Assembly (NCBI RefSeq): GCF_937138205.1
Contig: NZ_CAKZOT010000028.1
Span: 1-32,000, forward strand
Direction of reading: 5' to 3'
DNA from: an uncultured Rhodospira sp.
GTDB taxonomy: Bacteria; Pseudomonadota; Alphaproteobacteria; Rhodospirillales; Rhodospirillaceae
Length of the DNA: 32,000 nucleotides
How positions within the stretch are numbered: the stretch's first letter is position 1; every line of letters begins with the position of its first letter. Shown in pieces: positions 14,944-23,299 of this stretch. Under the pieces are notes generated by a model, which saw only the letters and a program-made list of their open reading frames with translations, was not told the origin of the DNA and searched no databases. A program made the position numbers and the translations under genes.

Positions 14944-16604
14944 TGCGGGGCCCCTTGTGCGCAGGTGTACAAGGCGAACAATCCCAACCGATAGGACGCC
15001 GATCGCAATCGCTCTTCCATCCTGTCCGGCACATCAAGCGCACGCGTCGTGCCGTCCAGGCCACGCAACGCTTCGACCATGTCGGGCAATGGGCGATCCG
15101 TGGCGAGGCCGACCAGCAGATCGGCCCCGTAGGGGCGGCCGACCAGGATATCCTCCAGGATAAACGGCTCGGCCGGATCGCGCGGCCCGGCTTCCACCGC
15201 ATCGAGAGGGTAAAGGAACTGGACGGTGCCGTCGTTGGCCAGATTGACGAGCGTCAAGTAAGGGTACGTGAGGTCGTCCATGATCAGCGTCACCAGTTCC
15301 CCGTCGGCGTAGGTCGGCTTCGGGGGCGACGCCGCGATTGTCAAGGGGGCCATTTCGGCCAGCGCGGCGAACCGCAGATGGGCGCGAGCCTTGCTCACAA
15401 CGCCCTGCAATGCGTCGGCGTCGATGTCCTCGGCGACCACCGTATCAATGCCACTGATCACATCGCCGGTCGCCGGATCCCAGACGATGTCCGGCGTCTC
15501 GGTTACCGCGACGACCTGAACGCCCTCCAGTGGCGGCAGCCTCGCGGCGACCTCTCCGTGCACGGCCAGCCGGATGGGCCGATCGGGCATGGGAGCGGGC
15601 GAGGAGTGAGCGCCAGCGGCCGGTGACAAGTCCGCGTGCCAGTTCTCGTCACTGGCGACGATGCTGGGAATCTGCTGGCCCTGCGTTGCGGTCCTGATGT
15701 TCCGGATGATGTAGTCCTTGAACTCATCGAACCTGAGCACGCCGTCCCGGTCGGCATCCGCCGCGCCGCGCAGGCCCCGGGCGAAGTAGTAGCTCAGGGC
15801 GCCGCGCGGCACCGCCTGTCCGGACTCGTCGGGCAAGGCGATCTCCGGCGCGAGGCTGTCATCCAGCACGGCGGAAAACGAAAACAGGTTGTCGGCGATC
15901 GTCTCCTCGGCGCCCCCTGAGTCCACGTCCAATCCCTCGAACAGCATCGACTCATCGAGGTCCGCCATAAGGTCGCCCTCGACCTTGACGTTCGAGAATC
16001 GGTAGCGCGGTCGCACGCGCCGGTCGACGGCGCGGAAGGTCGTTCCCGAGTGGCAGGCGTCGACGACAAGGGCGACGGTGACGCCCTTGTCGCCAGCCTT
16101 GTCAACAAACGCGCCGATCTCGTCATCCAGGATGAAATCCTGGCGCCCGGGTCCGCGCCGTTCGAAGGCGTGCAGGGCCAGGAACTCGTCGTAGCCGTCC
16201 GCTTCTTCGCTATCGACGGCGGCGACGCGCTGCATTCCGTGGCCGGCATACGTCAGCAACAGCAGGTCACCGGGGTGCGCGCGCGCCAGGGCGCGATCCC
16301 ATGCCCCCACAACGGCCCCCCGGGTCGCCTGGTCGTCGAGAAGCACCGACAGATCCGTGATGCCCAGCGTTCGCAGCGTCTCGGCGATATCCCGCGCGTC
16401 ATTGACCGCGCCGCTCAGGTCCGAGAGGATGCCTTCCGGGTCGCGGTAGTCGTCGATGCCAACCACCACCGCCCGCCACTCGCCGGCCTGCGCTTGCGCG
16501 AGAGCCGGATCGGACACCATGCCCAGCAGCGCCGCGCCGGCAAGACTGCCGGCCAACAGCGCGGACGCCACGGGTCGGCACACTCTATTGGGCACAGACA
16601 CCAT
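14937..16604 (-). CDS. Exported caspase-like (C14) protein with EF-hand-like loop and DUF4384-like C-terminal domain
   Basis: I favour the ATG at 16604 (GAGGA 6 nt upstream); the track start is a GTG at 16625. Signal peptide: VASALLAGSLAGAALLGMVSDPALA/QA. The caspase part has AVVVGIDDY, LLLTYAGHGMQ (His) and LVVDACHSGT (Cys). The Ca-binding-like loop is DADRDGVLRFDEFKDYI. The 3' end overlaps the next gene's ATG by 7 nt (14937-14943). Confidence 0.85.
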   Translation of the reverse strand: MVSVPNRVCRPVASALLAGSLAGAALLGMVSDPALAQAQAGEWRAVVVGIDDYRDPEGILSDLSGAVNDARDIAETLRTLGITDLSVLLDDQATRGAVVGAWDRALARAHPGDLLLLTYAGHGMQRVAAVDSEEADGYDEFLALHAFERRGPGRQDFILDDEIGAFVDKAGDKGVTVALVVDACHSGTTFRAVDRRVRPRYRFSNVKVEGDLMADLDESMLFEGLDVDSGGAEETIADNLFSFSAVLDDSLAPEIALPDESGQAVPRGALSYYFARGLRGAADADRDGVLRFDEFKDYIIRNIRTATQGQQIPSIVASDENWHADLSPAAGAHSSPAPMPDRPIRLAVHGEVAARLPPLEGVQVVAVTETPDIVWDPATGDVISGIDTVVAEDIDADALQGVVSKARAHLRFAALAEMAPLTIAASPPKPTYADGELVTLIMDDLTYPYLTLVNLANDGTVQFLYPLDAVEAGPRDPAEPFILEDILVGRPYGADLLVGLATDRPLPDMVEALRGLDGTTRALDVPDRMEERLRSASYRLGLFALYTCAQGAPQC

Positions 16605-17577
16605 AGCGCTCCTCGGATACGCCACCCTGGCCGTAGAACACCTCGACCCTGCGGTTGATTTGCCAGCGCTCCTCCTGAGTGTATCCGCCCGGATTGCTCA
16701 GCCGCACAGGCACCCGTTCGCCGCACCACCGCACCCGCACGGATCCCGGGAAGCCGTTGGCCTGAAGATAATCCTTGAGGCGGAGCGCGCGCCGCTTTGA
16801 CAGCTCCAGGTTGTGGATATCCGATCCTCGATCGTCGGTGTGGCCGATCACAGTGACGGAATGGGGCGTTTCCTTGCGCAGGATCGGCAACAGCCGCTCG
16901 GCCGAAACCTGGCCACGGGGATCGAACTCGGCCTTGTTTGTGACAAACGTGATTTGCGGCGTCTTTTTCGGAACGGCGATGCCCCGAACGGTCGGCGCGA
17001 AGTAAGGCGTCGGCGCGCCGCCGCGGGTCGTGGGCTCCACCGGAATGGAACTGAGGGACAGCGCCTCCGATGCCGCGTCGTGCACCGCCAGGATCGTCTC
17101 CTGGTCGGGCGGCGTGCGGGTGAAGCGCGTATCGTCAATCAGTTCGAGGGCTTTGAAGTACTGCTCGGTGGCGTCGCTGAACCGTTTCCGGGACATGGCG
17201 AGTTCGCCGAGCAGACGCCGCAATTCCCAATGATCCCCGTACGCGAGAAAGGCCTCGGCGTCCGCGATGACGCCGGAAACGTCCTCGCCCTTTTCGAGCC
17301 TGAGCCGAGCAAGTCGTGCCGCCAACAGGCCAAGGTTCGACCGCGCATCGATCCGGTTCTGCGGCGGGCAATAGAGGTCGATGTCCTCGATCAGACCGCT
17401 GGCTGTCGTGATATCAGCCTGCTTGAGCGCGGCGACAAATTCTTTCAGCGCACTGCGACAAGAGTCGGCACCGCCCGGCGTCGCACTGGCAGGCCCCGGA
17501 CTTAAAAACAAAAACAAACCGACGCACAGAACCGCGCACCGTACATGCTTTGATAAACGGTCTTCCTCGTCCAACAC
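16585..17577 (-). CDS. Exported helical (TPR-like) protein with OmpA-family peptidoglycan-binding C-terminal domain
   Basis: OmpA_C pattern: ITFVTNKAEFDPRGQVSAERLLPIL...VTVIGHTDDRGSDIHNLELSKRRALRLKDYL. Signal peptide: KHVRCAVLCVGLFLFLSPGPASA/T. I favour the GTG at 17577 (GGAGGGGGG just upstream); the track start at 17673 would add 32 non-signal residues. The 3' end overlaps the next gene by 20 nt. Confidence 0.8.
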   Translation of the reverse strand: MLDEEDRLSKHVRCAVLCVGLFLFLSPGPASATPGGADSCRSALKEFVAALKQADITTASGLIEDIDLYCPPQNRIDARSNLGLLAARLARLRLEKGEDVSGVIADAEAFLAYGDHWELRRLLGELAMSRKRFSDATEQYFKALELIDDTRFTRTPPDQETILAVHDAASEALSLSSIPVEPTTRGGAPTPYFAPTVRGIAVPKKTPQITFVTNKAEFDPRGQVSAERLLPILRKETPHSVTVIGHTDDRGSDIHNLELSKRRALRLKDYLQANGFPGSVRVRWCGERVPVRLSNPGGYTQEERWQINRRVEVFYGQGGVSEERYGVCAQ

Positions 17578-17968
17578 TAGCCCCCCTCCAATACAAAGAA
17601 AGCGTTCGACGATCGGAATGCCAATACGATCAAAGGGAAATATCGTTTCTTTGTCCCCGAACCCATGAACCATAGGGAGGCGTATTTAAATATTGCATTT
17701 TGTGGTGTTTATCCTATTATAGATTTTCTGTCAAGGGGCACGGAACAGATTCGTCGGCAAGGTGCTGTTGAATGGTATTGCCGCGAGGCGGCACCCGGGC
17801 TCGGCCTTTCAATCGTCAGTCCGTCGCCCCGCGGCGACGGAAGGTGAACGGTGAAACCAGCAGTCGACAATTGAATACGGCGCCGATTCTCGTGCCTGGG
17901 GACGTGACTCCCCGAATTGGCCGGCAAAGCATTTAGGCGATTCCGATTTGATCTTGTTGGAGGGGGCA
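17578..17968. promoter_or_regulatory. Divergent intergenic control region with a strongly AT-rich patch
   Basis: The ~390-bp spacer lies between the minus-strand six-gene operon and the plus-strand STAND gene. The 17680-17740 stretch (gtatttaaatattgcattttgtggtgtttatcctattatagattttctg) is far more AT-rich than the rest of the window. A perfect 8-bp hairpin, ccgtcgcc-ccgc-ggcgacgg, sits at 17821-17840. Promoters are inferred, not mapped. Confidence 0.4.
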
Positions 17969-20900
17969 GTGGGTGACGTCCGGGTCTTCATTTCATCCCC
18001 AGGGGATGCACAGGCGGAACGCGCCCGCATTGAGAGGGCAATCGATCGACTAAACGGCCTGATAGGGGGCTCCGTCCGCCTCAAGGCGATCCGTTGGGAA
18101 TCGGGCTACTACACGGCGGCCAGCACCTTCCAGACCCAGATTCCGGAAGCGGCGGAGTGCGACATCGTCCTGGCGGTTCTGCGCCACCGACTGGGGACGC
18201 CGCTGCCCGAGGACTTCAAGCGGATGTCGGACGGCGCGCCATATCCCAGCGGGACCGCCTACGAGATCCTCTCGGCGGTCCACACCAGCCAGCACAAAGG
18301 GACCCCCGACGTCTACGTGTTCCGCTACGCGCACCCACCCCAGGTGGGCAATATCGACGACACCGCGGCGCTGACCCAGACCCGGGAGGACTGGGAACGC
18401 CTGAAGGGGTTCTTCCAGTCCTGGTTCGAGACGGATACCGGTCAGTTCAAGGCTGCCTTCCATCGATATGACAGCGTCGACGTGTTGGAAGGTCAGGTGG
18501 AGGATCTCCTCCAAACCTGGGTCGAAGACCATCTGAACACGGGCCAGCTGGTCGAGTGGCCGATCCACCTCAAGGGCTCGCCTTTTCGAGGCCTTGCCGC
18601 GTTCGGCGCCCGGCACGCCGCCGTCTTCTTCGGTCGCCGGCGTGAAACCCTGCGCGCCGCCGAGGCGCTCAAGGATGCGGCGGACCGGGGCACACCGGCG
18701 CTCCTGCTGGTCGGCCCAAGTGGTTCCGGAAAATCCTCCCTGGCGCGCGCTGGACTGATCCCGCATCTGACCGCGCCGGGCGCGGTCTCGGACGTCGACC
18801 TGTGGCGGGTGGCCAGCCTCTGTCCGGGTGAACATCCCGACGGGCCCGTTGCGGCCCTGGCCGCGCGCCTGTTCACGGCCGAGCGGGATATGGAGCCGGA
18901 CGATGAGGGCTGGCCGCGCGCCCTGCCGGAACTTGCCCACGGCGACTTCGCGACCCCGGACGCCCTTGCGGCGTTGCTCGCCGGCACGAACACCACTGCG
19001 GCAACAGGCCCCATCCTGGCCGCATTGGACCGCGTGGCAGAGGAAACCCGGCGCACGGAAGCGTTCGACAGGCCGGTCACCGTCCGCCTCTTGCTCCTCG
19101 TGGACCAGTTCGAGCAGCTTTTCGCCGACGCCGTGGATCAGGCAGACAGAACCGCGTTCACAACCCTGCTGCGGGCGCTTGTGGAGACGCGACGCGTCTG
19201 GGTGATCGGCACGCTGCGAGCCGACTACTATGAAGCCTTCATTGCCGACCCCAACCTGCTGCCCCTGAAGCGCGACGGCGCCCACGTCGATCTCCGTCCG
19301 CCCGGCATGGACGCGATGGCCGAGATCATCCGCGCCCCGGCACGGGCGGCCGCCCTCGTCTACGAGGTCGATGCCAAGGGTACCGGTCTCGACGAGCGGA
19401 TTCTGGCCGAGGCCGATCGGCCCGACATGCTGCCCCTGGTCCAGTTCACGCTGAACCGGCTGTTCGAGGTCCGGAGCGAGGCGAGCGGCGAAATCCGGCT
19501 GACCCATGCCGCCTACGACGCCATGGGGGGGCTTGACGGGGCCATCAATCAGGAAGCCGACCGGGCCATCGCCAATCTCGGCGAGGCGGACCGGAAAACC
19601 TTGCCGCGCCTGCTCCGCCTGATGGTCGTGCCAGCCACCAACGCGGGCTCGGCCAGCGAGGCCTCGCGCCGCATGGCCGTGCGGCCGATCCCCTGGCGCA
19701 CGGCCACGGGCGACCCGGCGCAACGCCGGCTCGTGGAGGCCTTGATCGAAGCGCGTATTCTGTATCTGTCCGGAAGCGGCCCAAAGGCGCACGTTCAGCT
19801 CGCGCACCAGCGCGTCCTGGAAAGCTGGGCGCTCGCACGCAAGATCGTCGCCGACAACGTGGACTTCTTCCGCATCCGCCAGGATGTGGAGGACGCCCGC
19901 GTCCGCTGGCAGACCAGCAACCGCCCCCGCGACCGCCTGATCCCCCCAGGCGTCGCGCTGGCCGAGGCGGAATCCCTCGCCGCCCGGTTCCAGGATGAGT
20001 TGACCGAGGACACGCGCGGCTTCATCCGCGCTTCGGGCCGGCGGGCGCGGCGGCGCCAGAGGCTCACCACCATGGCCGCGGCGGTCTTCGCGGGCGTCGC
20101 GGTGCTCGCCGCTTGGTCGTACATGCAGGCGGAAACCGCCCGGAATGAGGCGGCCGGCAACTACCAGATCGCCCTGAATGTGGTCGACGGCCTCGCCCTG
20201 GACATCATCGAGGGCCTGCAAACCAACTGGAGCGTCCCCGTCGAGGAGAAGCTTTACGTCGCCGACAGGATCGAGGGAAATCTCGGCGACCTCGTGGCGG
20301 AGGTTGAAGACGACCAGGTACTGAGGTTGCGGTACGCGGATGTCCTGGCGTCGACCGCATACATGCTTGCCCTCGTCGGTCATCACCGCGCGGCGGAAGA
20401 CAGCGCGCAAAACGCCGCCCGACAATTGGCGACGATCGATCCGGACACCATCGACACACGCGGCTGGGACAAGGCCCGGCCGGCGGCGTTGACCCAGGCC
20501 CGGGTGAACGTCGCTTTGGCCTTGGGACGATGGCAGGCCTTCGATCAAGCCGCCGTGGAGCGCCATCTCCGCAGCGCAGAGGACAGCCTGGCCCGCCTGT
20601 CCGCCTCGGAGACGGAGGTCACGGCTTCCGACGTTGCAGAGCTCAGGGCATGGATGGACGATCTTCGGATCACCCTGATGATCGCCAGACGCGACACCCT
20701 GGCCTACCAGGAAGAGCATATGGCGGCGGTGGAGCGCCGCCGGGCCGACCTCGAACGGGCCCGCGACAATGGCGACACCCGCGCGGCACGCCTCATCGCC
20801 TTCCACCTTGCCAAGCTCGCCGTGGGCGATGCCGCCTTCGCGGCGGGAACCGGAGCGCGCGACTTCGAGGACCGGCACAAACGCGCGTCGGAGATTTCGG

Positions 20901-23209
20901 CGGAAGTGGCCTCGGTTTTCGTCGAGCCATCGGATCCGGCCCTCGTCTATATCGAGGCCAGCATGGACCTGACCCGGGCGGCGAACCTCGCCGAACGGGG
21001 TGGACAGGACGCCACAGCGTTGGCGACCCGCGCCATCCAGCGCTTGTTCGGCCTTGTCCAGCAGGATTTCCTGAACCTGGAATGGCGGCACATCCTGACC
21101 CACGCGCTGGGCCGGCGGGCACAGTGGGCGTCGGCGCATTCCAACGCGACCCTGTCGTTGGGCGACGCCCTGGCCGCGCGCCAGATCGCCCTGTCCAGTC
21201 TCAGGGACGGGGGTCTGACCCGCGATGTGTTCGCGACCGCGAACTGGGCGGACTACGTCACCGGCGCGCATCGCGCGGTGGGCAGCCAGGATGCCCGCGC
21301 CGCCTTCGCCCGCATTACCACGCGTGTCGACGGTTTGGCGGCCGACGGCGTGGACGATCCCGCCTTGGCGCGGTTCAAGTTCCTCGCGAAACAGGGGCTG
21401 GCGCGCCACCTGTTGAAACGGGCCGAGGCCGGACCCGCGCGAGCCGACGATGCGTCGAGGCGCCGTCTCCTGCTGGAGGCGAAGGAAGCGGCCATGGCCG
21501 CTCTCGACACCCTGCCAGACCGGCCGCCGGCCGACGGGACCGCCAGCTTGCCGACGGAGATCGACCGGCACGCCGCACTCACTGATTTGGTGCGAATCGC
21601 CGAACAAATGACGGAGACGCGCCTGCTTGACCAGGCGCTCGACGACGCCCTGCGGCAAAACGCAGTGCTGTTGTCCCTGACCGGCGGGGGCGCGGTTTGG
21701 CATCAGGACCGGGGCGCTTTGCGTGCGCGCCTGGCGGATACGCGCGCCGAACAGGACCGGTGGCAGGAGGCTGGGGAGGCCTATGCAAGGGCGGCGCGCG
21801 ATTTCGCCAAGGCAATGGCCGCGGACGCCCCGACGGCGGCGCGGCTGCAGAACCTCTTGGCCTATGCCCAACGCGCGCTCAAAGCCCAGGCCAAGACAGG
21901 GGACTGGGCAGCCGCCAAGGCCCTGTTTGCCGAGGTCACGGAGATTTTGGACGGATTGGACACGCTTCCCGGCGATCCAAGGACCCGTTTCGACTCTTGG
22001 ATCGCGTTGACCGAGGCCCTTGAAACAGCGGCGCCCTCTCCCTCCGCGTTTCAAGACACGATTGTCGATCTCCAGTCCCAGGCGGACCGCGTCACGACGC
22101 GCCTGCAGCGTCCGCCCACCGAGACGGACCCGGCGCACGGAAATCGAGCGCACGCCATCGATTTCCGCCCGTTGGACCTGCCAACCGCCGCCGGATCGAG
22201 CGCACAGGCCGGCGTCCCGGACGGCTCCATCGGCTGGGAGGCGCCGCCTCTCATGTCCGGGCCATGGACCACGCTGGTTGGCGCGGACTTCGAGACAGCC
22301 GTCGGCCATCTCAAGGCCATGCAGCATCATGTGCCTGGAGAGAACCGCCGGCAATACATCCGCATTCGGACCTTGCGTCTCCCGTTCTACCAGGACGCCC
22401 GGGTTCTCGAAGCTGAGTATCCGGGACCGGATGGTCGCATCCTGTCCCTGGGGGCTTTGCGGGCGAAAGGCGTCACCCGTCTTCTGGACGGCACGGAACT
22501 GTACATTGTTGCCGCCAACAGCAGCGGCCTGGAGATCGATACCCACTCGCTGGCGGCTGGGTACCTTAAGTTCCGACAAGCCTACACGGCCCCGCACGGC
22601 AGCGGACCGCCCGACCGCATTGTCGAGAGCCTGGCCGATCTACACCTGCAGCCGGGCGTCGATCCGAGCACGCGGGAGCGGATCGGGGCCTTGATCCGCC
22701 CTCTGGCGGTCTGGCGCGATCCGGATGCGCCCGGGGGATGGCGGGCCACGGCGGCCGTTCTGCGGGGCAACACACTGCTCCACGCGGCATTTCGTCTCGA
22801 TCAAGCGGGCACCGTCACCATGACCGAGCATCGGGTCGTGGCCTCGGGGCTGCTTGTCCGCCGGCGCTGGTTCAGCACGGACGGTTCGCTGGTGACCGAC
22901 AGACCGCACGGTCTCGACGTTCGCGCGCTCGATCTTCCGGACGTCCAGGCGGAACCGCGCATTTTGTTGCGCTTGGCGGAGGGCAATGACGCGGCGACAT
23001 CGCTCGGCGCGGTCACGCTCATCGACATGGCGATGGCACACGCCAAGCTGGCCACGGAGCACGGGGAGATGACCCAGGCCGCCTATGCGGGCGAATTGGC
23101 GCGGGCCGCCCGCACCCTGCGAGACCAGGATCGCCCGCAGGTGGCTGAACGCTATGAACGGGAGTTGAGGGCCCTCTCGGCGTCGACCTCCGGCGAACAG
23201 GCTGAATAA
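17969..23209 (+). CDS. Giant DUF4062 (TIR-like) - STAND P-loop NTPase - single TM helix - long helical region - unknown C-terminal domain protein
   Basis: GTG at 17969, 5 nt after GGAGG; the track start is a TTG at 17948. The N-terminus VRVFISSPGDAQAERARIERAI...ECDIVLAVLRHRLGT...PSGTAYEILSA matches the DUF4062/TIR-like pattern (FISSxxxDxxxER...CDhhhhhhGxRYG...SxTExEY). The STAND entry motif is PFRGLAAFGARHAAVFFGRRRE. Walker A is LLLVGPSGSGKSSLARAGL (nt 18713-18739) and Walker B is LLLLVDQFEQLF. A sensor/WH region has LPLVQFTLNRLFE. A basic cluster plus hydrophobic helix, RRARRRQRLTTMAAAVFAGVAVLAAWSYM, lies at nt ~20063-20122. About 680 aa of Ala/Leu/Arg-rich helical sequence follow, then a ~350-aa domain with no motif I recognise. 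Confidence 0.85.
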   Translation: MGDVRVFISSPGDAQAERARIERAIDRLNGLIGGSVRLKAIRWESGYYTAASTFQTQIPEAAECDIVLAVLRHRLGTPLPEDFKRMSDGAPYPSGTAYEILSAVHTSQHKGTPDVYVFRYAHPPQVGNIDDTAALTQTREDWERLKGFFQSWFETDTGQFKAAFHRYDSVDVLEGQVEDLLQTWVEDHLNTGQLVEWPIHLKGSPFRGLAAFGARHAAVFFGRRRETLRAAEALKDAADRGTPALLLVGPSGSGKSSLARAGLIPHLTAPGAVSDVDLWRVASLCPGEHPDGPVAALAARLFTAERDMEPDDEGWPRALPELAHGDFATPDALAALLAGTNTTAATGPILAALDRVAEETRRTEAFDRPVTVRLLLLVDQFEQLFADAVDQADRTAFTTLLRALVETRRVWVIGTLRADYYEAFIADPNLLPLKRDGAHVDLRPPGMDAMAEIIRAPARAAALVYEVDAKGTGLDERILAEADRPDMLPLVQFTLNRLFEVRSEASGEIRLTHAAYDAMGGLDGAINQEADRAIANLGEADRKTLPRLLRLMVVPATNAGSASEASRRMAVRPIPWRTATGDPAQRRLVEALIEARILYLSGSGPKAHVQLAHQRVLESWALARKIVADNVDFFRIRQDVEDARVRWQTSNRPRDRLIPPGVALAEAESLAARFQDELTEDTRGFIRASGRRARRRQRLTTMAAAVFAGVAVLAAWSYMQAETARNEAAGNYQIALNVVDGLALDIIEGLQTNWSVPVEEKLYVADRIEGNLGDLVAEVEDDQVLRLRYADVLASTAYMLALVGHHRAAEDSAQNAARQLATIDPDTIDTRGWDKARPAALTQARVNVALALGRWQAFDQAAVERHLRSAEDSLARLSASETEVTASDVAELRAWMDDLRITLMIARRDTLAYQEEHMAAVERRRADLERARDNGDTRAARLIAFHLAKLAVGDAAFAAGTGARDFEDRHKRASEISAEVASVFVEPSDPALVYIEASMDLTRAANLAERGGQDATALATRAIQRLFGLVQQDFLNLEWRHILTHALGRRAQWASAHSNATLSLGDALAARQIALSSLRDGGLTRDVFATANWADYVTGAHRAVGSQDARAAFARITTRVDGLAADGVDDPALARFKFLAKQGLARHLLKRAEAGPARADDASRRRLLLEAKEAAMAALDTLPDRPPADGTASLPTEIDRHAALTDLVRIAEQMTETRLLDQALDDALRQNAVLLSLTGGGAVWHQDRGALRARLADTRAEQDRWQEAGEAYARAARDFAKAMAADAPTAARLQNLLAYAQRALKAQAKTGDWAAAKALFAEVTEILDGLDTLPGDPRTRFDSWIALTEALETAAPSPSAFQDTIVDLQSQADRVTTRLQRPPTETDPAHGNRAHAIDFRPLDLPTAAGSSAQAGVPDGSIGWEAPPLMSGPWTTLVGADFETAVGHLKAMQHHVPGENRRQYIRIRTLRLPFYQDARVLEAEYPGPDGRILSLGALRAKGVTRLLDGTELYIVAANSSGLEIDTHSLAAGYLKFRQAYTAPHGSGPPDRIVESLADLHLQPGVDPSTRERIGALIRPLAVWRDPDAPGGWRATAAVLRGNTLLHAAFRLDQAGTVTMTEHRVVASGLLVRRRWFSTDGSLVTDRPHGLDVRALDLPDVQAEPRILLRLAEGNDAATSLGAVTLIDMAMAHAKLATEHGEMTQAAYAGELARAARTLRDQDRPQVAERYERELRALSASTSGEQAE

Positions 23210-23299
23210 TACCGCCCATCGAAAAGGTGGACCGTTCTTGCTGGCCGTCCATCACACCGCGGCTCGAGATCCCTCGGCTCGCTTAGGGCGGATCGCGTT

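Noticed and set aside
13969-15626. Plus-strand ORFs 13969-14931 and 14928-15626, and minus-strand ORF 14196-14882
   Set aside because: They overlap the trypsin-caspase and caspase genes in other frames or on the other strand. The real frames carry the catalytic motifs.
18050-22597. 1515-aa ORF on the minus strand
   Set aside because: It lies entirely antisense to the STAND gene. Its translation is Arg/Gly/Pro/Ala-rich with no recognisable motif, whereas the plus frame carries clear Walker A/B and DUF4062 motifs. This is a typical high-GC shadow ORF.
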